A stretch of DNA of 64,000 bases from the NCBI RefSeq assembly GCF_026571515.1, contig NW_026853784.1, forward strand, positions 62,001 through 126,000, in the 5' to 3' direction. Each line of letters begins with the position of its first letter. The first letter of the stretch is position 1. The stretch is from Ruditapes philippinarum. Its lineage: Eukaryota. Shown here piece by piece: positions 58,363-64,000 of the stretch. The translations under genes and the position numbers were made by a program. The notes below the pieces were generated by a model that was given only the letters and a program-made list of their open reading frames with translations, made no database searches and had not been told where the DNA came from.

Positions 58363-59254
58363 CACAGGCGGCAGTATCAGTGTTTGGACACCCCACCCCT
58401 ATCTGCCCCTGGACCCCTACTACAATCCTGAAAAAAAATTCAACACTCTTAGGCTTACTATAAGGTACCAAATACAAAACCACCGATGAAATTATATATA
58501 AAAAAAAATTTCCACTATCAAAATTATAGTTATAGAAAGGTGTAAAGCCTACTATATGTCCATTTGCCAAACAATGTGGAACACGGGAAATCGTCGTTTC
58601 GGCGACTGAGGCGCATTCCGGCGGGATTTCGCTGCATCATTCATTTACATCAATAAAAAGAACTTGAATTCCACAGCTTACTTAATTCAAGTCCAATGAA
58701 TATCAATATTCTATCGATTTTTTCTATTTCACGGTAATTTTTGACTTGTCGTTGCCATTTTGGATTCTGATACCTGTGTGTTATACGCGATCTGATTGGA
58801 CGTCCAATTTGGCTCGTCCAATCAGATCGCGTATTTCAACCCAGGTATCAGACTGCAAAATGGCTACGACAATTAAAAAAATACCGTGAAACAGAAAAAA
58901 TCGGAATGATAGTGATATTAGTTGGACTTGAATTACATAAACTGAGGAATTCTAGTTCTTTTATTAATGTTAATGAATGATGCAGCGAAATCCCGCTGGA
59001 ATGCGCCTCAGTCGCCGAAACGACGATTTCCCGTGTTCCACATTGTTTGGCAAATGGACATATAGTAGGCTTTACACCTTTCTATAACTATAATTTTGAT
59101 AGTGGAAATTCTTTTTTTATATATAATTTCATCGGTGGTTTTGTATTTGGTACCTTATAGTAAGCCTTAGAGTGTTGATTTTTTTTTCAGGATTGTAGTA
59201 GGGGTCCAGGGGCAATAGGGGTGGGGTGTTCAAACACTGATACTGCCGCCTGTG
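58363..59254. mobile_element. 892-bp fold-back MITE with 8-bp TSD (P- or hAT-type ends)
   Basis: CACAGGCGG...CCGCCTGTG; arms of ~440 bp meet at a 12-bp loop (58803-58814); TSD GCCAGATT/GCCAGACT. Confidence 0.88.
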
Positions 59255-59471
59255 GCCAGACTAAGTGAATCAGATGAAACAATTGTTGTTTTTTTTAATT
59301 GTGAGAAGTTGTAAATAATATTTTGATGAATGCGTGTCACAGGAAACACAGACATGTTTTGTTTCAATTAACAATGTAATTGAATATCAACAAAGGCAAT
59401 AAATAATGATATACATAGATCTCTTTATTGAGACAATTAATGATTAAATATAAACCTATGACCCTGTATTC

Positions 59472-60785
59472 AACTGCGATTTTTTCTAAAACCCCTAAAA
59501 CATTACAATCATTATTAAACAATATAGAATTATACTGTAATAATTACAATTTGAAACTTAATGTTAATAAAACAAAAATAATGATTTTTGAAAACGGTCG
59601 TCACACAAATTATGATTTTTACTTATATAACACAAAAATCGAAGTTGTCAAATCCTTTAAATATCTAGGTGTACATCTATTCAAAAACGGACAATGGAAT
59701 AGAACGCAGGAACGTATAGCACAACATGCGTCTTTCGCTCTTCATAATTTGTTTATTATCTTTAATCAAGTAGATTTACCCGTATCACAGCAAATAAAAT
59801 TGTTTGATTCTCTCGTATCATCAACTTTAAATTACGCGGCGGAGGTATGGGGATCACACATCGCACCCACTGTCGAAGTTATTCATTGTAAATTTTGTAG
59901 AAAAATTTTAGGAACTAAATTATCCACAAACCGAGAAGTGTTATATGGCGAACTTGGCCGAACACCTATGTATATTCAACGGAAAATAATAATGATTAAA
60001 TATTGGATTAAGTTATTATCGCTTCAAGAAAGTACTATCCTTTTTAAAACATATTCTATGTTAAGAATTGATGCTGACAATGGACAATCTTATAATGGTA
60101 AAAATTGGGCGTACACTATTAAACAAATATTAGATGAATCTGGATTAATATTTGTATGGGAAAACCAATATAGCATACAGGTAGATTTTAAAGCAATTAA
60201 ATTCAGAATTCTTAGTTTGTATTACGAACAATAGTATACCTTGATAAATAATTCACCTCGTCTGGATACATACAGTTTATTTAAACATACTTTTGATTTA
60301 GAAAATTACTTAAGTGTAATTAAAGAACCAAAGTATAGAATAGCCTTATCTAGATTCAGAACATCGTCACACAATTTAGCTGTAGAATATGGAAGATATC
60401 GTAATATTCCAAGAAATGAACGTTTTTGTGAAAATTGTCAATTTAATCAAATAGAGAATGAATATCATTTTTTACTTATTTGCCCGAAGTTCTCCGATTT
60501 GAGAAAAAAGTATCTTAAACGTTATTACTACACATGGCCGACTAAGCAAAAGTTTATCAATTTAATGTCTGAATCATCGTTAACTGTAATTAATGGTTTA
60601 AGCAAATTCACATATCATGCTAACACTTTAAGAAATTAATCCTATCAAATGTGATCTGTATTTTATTCATATGATTGTAAGGCTCTTCTAAAAAAATCCA
60701 TGTACTTGTGTTGTCTTTGTTTATATATTTTGTACTTGCTTTAAACATGTATTTGTTTAATGCAATAAAATTTTGAAGTTGAAGT
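59472..60785 (+). mobile_element. 5'-truncated LINE (RT C-terminus plus CCHC region; RTE-X-like, clade uncertain)
   Basis: LKLNVNKTKIMIF, FKYLG, YAAEVWG, GELGR.P, RFRTSSHNL.VE.GRY, C..C...E.EYHFLL.CP. One in-frame TAG at 60232-60234; AATAAA and (TTGAAG)n tail. Confidence 0.9.
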
Positions 60786-60796
60786 AAAGAACTTAC

Positions 60797-60921
60797 CTGG
60801 TCGCTCTACGCATCTGTACTGCGAAGGCAACTGCCAACCCCACTGGCAATTTATGACATTCACAAATGAGAACAGTTGAAATCCGCAAAGCAAATAATAT
60901 GCATATAACGCCATATCGCAT
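60797..60921 (-). CDS. Candidate signal-peptide-encoding exon, possibly a 5' exon of the SOD gene
   Basis: MRYGVICILFALRISTVLICEC...; upstream acceptor ctgaag and a perfect CAG|GTAAGT donor. Its phase-2 end does not join directly to the phase-1 SOD exon. Confidence 0.35.
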
Positions 60922-63900
60922 AAAATCCTTCAGAAAATACAAATAAAATATTTGACCACGAGGCACATAGTTGTTTGTACCAATCACAATCTTGCAATAA
61001 ACACAAAATAATTTATTGCTATGGAAGGGAGATATAAACAATATTTAATTACAATTTGCTTGCAACAGTAAGTGTCGATATTGAATGTTTGTTGTCAGTC
61101 GAGACAGTACGGGACATTAACTGCTTTTTTATACAGTGTAGTTAATAAGAGTAAAAACATGTCACGTTCTTCTTTCTTAAATGTAACAACCTCTTTTGTT
61201 GGTTGACTGTCATGTTAAATGTACGAAAAGTCACATCAGCTTAACACTGTTCTTTAGTTTGATGAAACAGTTAAATGTTTCTAAATTAAAAGCATAAGTA
61301 AACGCAATGACTGTCAGATATTTTGTATACTGTTATCAACTAAATGATCAAATATGGTCAAAGGTATGTTAGCCTACATTTCACATATACTCGTTGGCAA
61401 ATTGACGGAAAACAAATGTTTTCAGCTCCTTCCTCGTTTTTGTTACGTTCCAATACATTTGTTTCTTCGTTGTCGGTAAAAATGAGGACATAGTCATTTC
61501 GGCGCAATTATAATTTATGTAGAAAGTAAAATGTAATAATAGTTAATATGTATTGTCAACTGAGATTAATGTTTACCTTTATCAGACTGAAAAGAGAGAT
61601 TTGCCAAACCATTTTTTTTAAATCGGAATATCATCTACTTGAAAAAAGCAATCTTACTCTTGAAAGAAGCAATCTTACTTGTCTGCAAAATAACAGCAGA
61701 ACGCTTCTAGTTTGGAAAATTTATTATTTTAAAAAGAATTTCGTTTTACTATTTAAACAAACAAGAAGCTGTCTTTCTTTATTTGTGTATATTATTTAAT
61801 ATATTGTAACTGTACATGTAAAAATATAAAATACCGAAAACCAAAGTACACAAAGTTGAAGATTGAATGTTCCCAGATTTTTGCACTACTTTCCTATATC
61901 CAGACTAAACTCATTATATAAACACCGTAACTTTATAGCAACGTGTTGTAACATTATATCTATATTTTGTGCTTAATGTCATTAAGATAGATATTTATAG
62001 ATATATTCAAATCAATCTGGTGCTTGAGATGTCTCGACAAAATCAATGGTTTCCGGTCAGGTTTTGCAAAGTTTGAAGTTTATCTTGTCAGTATCAATAT
62101 TTTGCATATGTTAAGTTTGAACATTTTGTATCTCGACTGATGTTAAGGTAAGCTTGTGGTTTATCCGGGCTGTTCTCAAATAAGCTTACAGGAACTAACC
62201 AGCACTGGTGTCATGTGAGGAATCATGTATGGCTGTGGCCTCAGTAGAGCTCGAGCACACGATCCCTGGGTTAAGAAGCAGACACATTCATCACTATGCC
62301 ACCGTGTCCTTTCACAAAGGTTTATTTTAAGTTACTTCCTCCTGCCGATTTAAGTAGACAAACGCTCTTAAAATTGTGTCAATATATAGAACTGTTTAAG
62401 ATAAAGTACAGTTAATTCAAGGCTGCTCACGTGTCTTTTAATACGTTATGAAACCAAAGCATCTGATGACATGTCTGCGAAGAAATATTAATCAATCAAA
62501 CTCTCTAAGATAAACTACAAAATATAAAAAGCAAATCAAAACAAAACAGAAGGAATACTCGTAACATTACCGGAGACACTGTTTTAAATGAATTAAAATG
62601 CAACTTATAGTCTAGGATTCATGTACATGACACATTCATTGTCTTTTCAGCTTTTACTTTGGCCAAAATCTGTTTTATAAGATTTTATACACATGCTAAT
62701 TACCTCCAATATGCGACTGAATTTGAGTGTGAAGAAACACTGATCGTATCGTTATAATTATTTATAAATAATATATCGTTTCAGGGAGCCATAGATATTA
62801 ATATAAACTTCAAATTTTCACAAACCGTGTTGCAATTAAAAGAAACAAAATAAAAAGAAAGAAAACAAAAACAAAACAAATAACAAACCACTTTTACTTA
62901 CACATTTGTCACAGAACTCCCTGAATATCAAAAGGTAAAACCAATCAAACGCGTTTGCTTTGCGTTCAATGCGTTCATTGAACGCCACCCTTCCTTGTTG
63001 ATCTTTGTTTTTCATATTAATGGAGTGCAGGAGTAATTACCGGACAGTATGTTTGTTAAGAGATGCGTATATTAAAGTTAAGAACTCCTTACCATAAAAT
63101 CAAAATCTTGTATGTCATTCAAAATATGATTGTTTTGTGTCGATGCCCTTCTTAAGGAAACAGATGTTTACTATTATTATGAAAGCAGTATACAGAAAAA
63201 ATATTGTAAGAGACTGTCAGTCTTTGCTGACACTACCGCAACCCTTGGTACTAATAAGAGAGCTTTAGCCATAGACTTACATTATAAGAAATGACCCATA
63301 AACATACCTTAAAATTGAGTATTTATGTTAAAGATGTGATTTTTGAAGGAGAATAACATACCTAACACATTAAAATGATCTTGTTATATAGGGTTGACCG
63401 ACCAAATGTTTCACAAAGTGTCCTCAAAGATGATTACCGCCTTTTCCCTGAAATTCTCTGCTTACCACAGGACTGACATATACATTTTTTAAAATGCAAA
63501 TATCCAAATGAAAAATTATCCTTGAGAGTTATGAAACAGTTCATGTTCTTAAGAACACAACGTAGTTTTAGTTTCTAAAATAATTTTTATACTTAAAAAG
63601 CACATTTCCATCCAATCATCTGATGTCCCGCTCAACCTTACGGGTTTCCCTGCACTTTTTGCAGCCAATACTTGACCATGTTACAACCTAACCAACATCA
63701 ACTTATTGTGAATGAAGCTTCATTGAGGTAGAAAATGGCTAAAATCATTAAATTTGAAATTCTTGTATAGATCAAGTAATGCACTTAAAATGATTAAATC
63801 TGCCCAATTTGATGGTCAGTTTGTACAATAAAAATGATTATTCTGGATTTGAAAAAAATGAGAAAAGATCTAAAAATGTGCATACATGCATGTCAGTGGA

Positions 63901-64000
63901 GTCCCTTTAAAACATGATGCCGTATACCATTTTGTAGTTATAGATATATTGTTCACAAGTAACATTTACATTTTTCAACAAAGAAAGACTGGATTGGTAA

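Overview
AT-rich, intron-rich animal genomic DNA. A bivalve mollusc is likely from the gene and repeat content, but this is inference. Four host genes were reconstructed by hand from splice sites: a CCDC181-like gene (minus strand, running off the left end), a complete 11-exon polypeptide GalNAc-transferase (plus), a complete 6-exon peroxiredoxin-4 (plus), and an extracellular-type Cu/Zn SOD (minus, 5' exons not resolved) convergent with PRDX4. Mobile DNA is abundant: an apparently intact DIRS1-type tyrosine-recombinase retrotransposon (728-6040), several Helentron-associated (HINE/pearl-like) elements with internal 146-166 bp tandem arrays, TIR MITEs, SINEs and two truncated LINEs. The most unusual object is a 3.4-kb near-perfect palindrome (23850-27255). 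It has Polinton/Maverick-type AGTAGT...ACTACT ends and a 6-bp TSD, carries no replication or capsid genes, and holds two divergent copies of a C2H2 zinc-finger ORF around a 237-bp repeat-containing spacer. It sits in a GC-AG intron of the GALNT gene.
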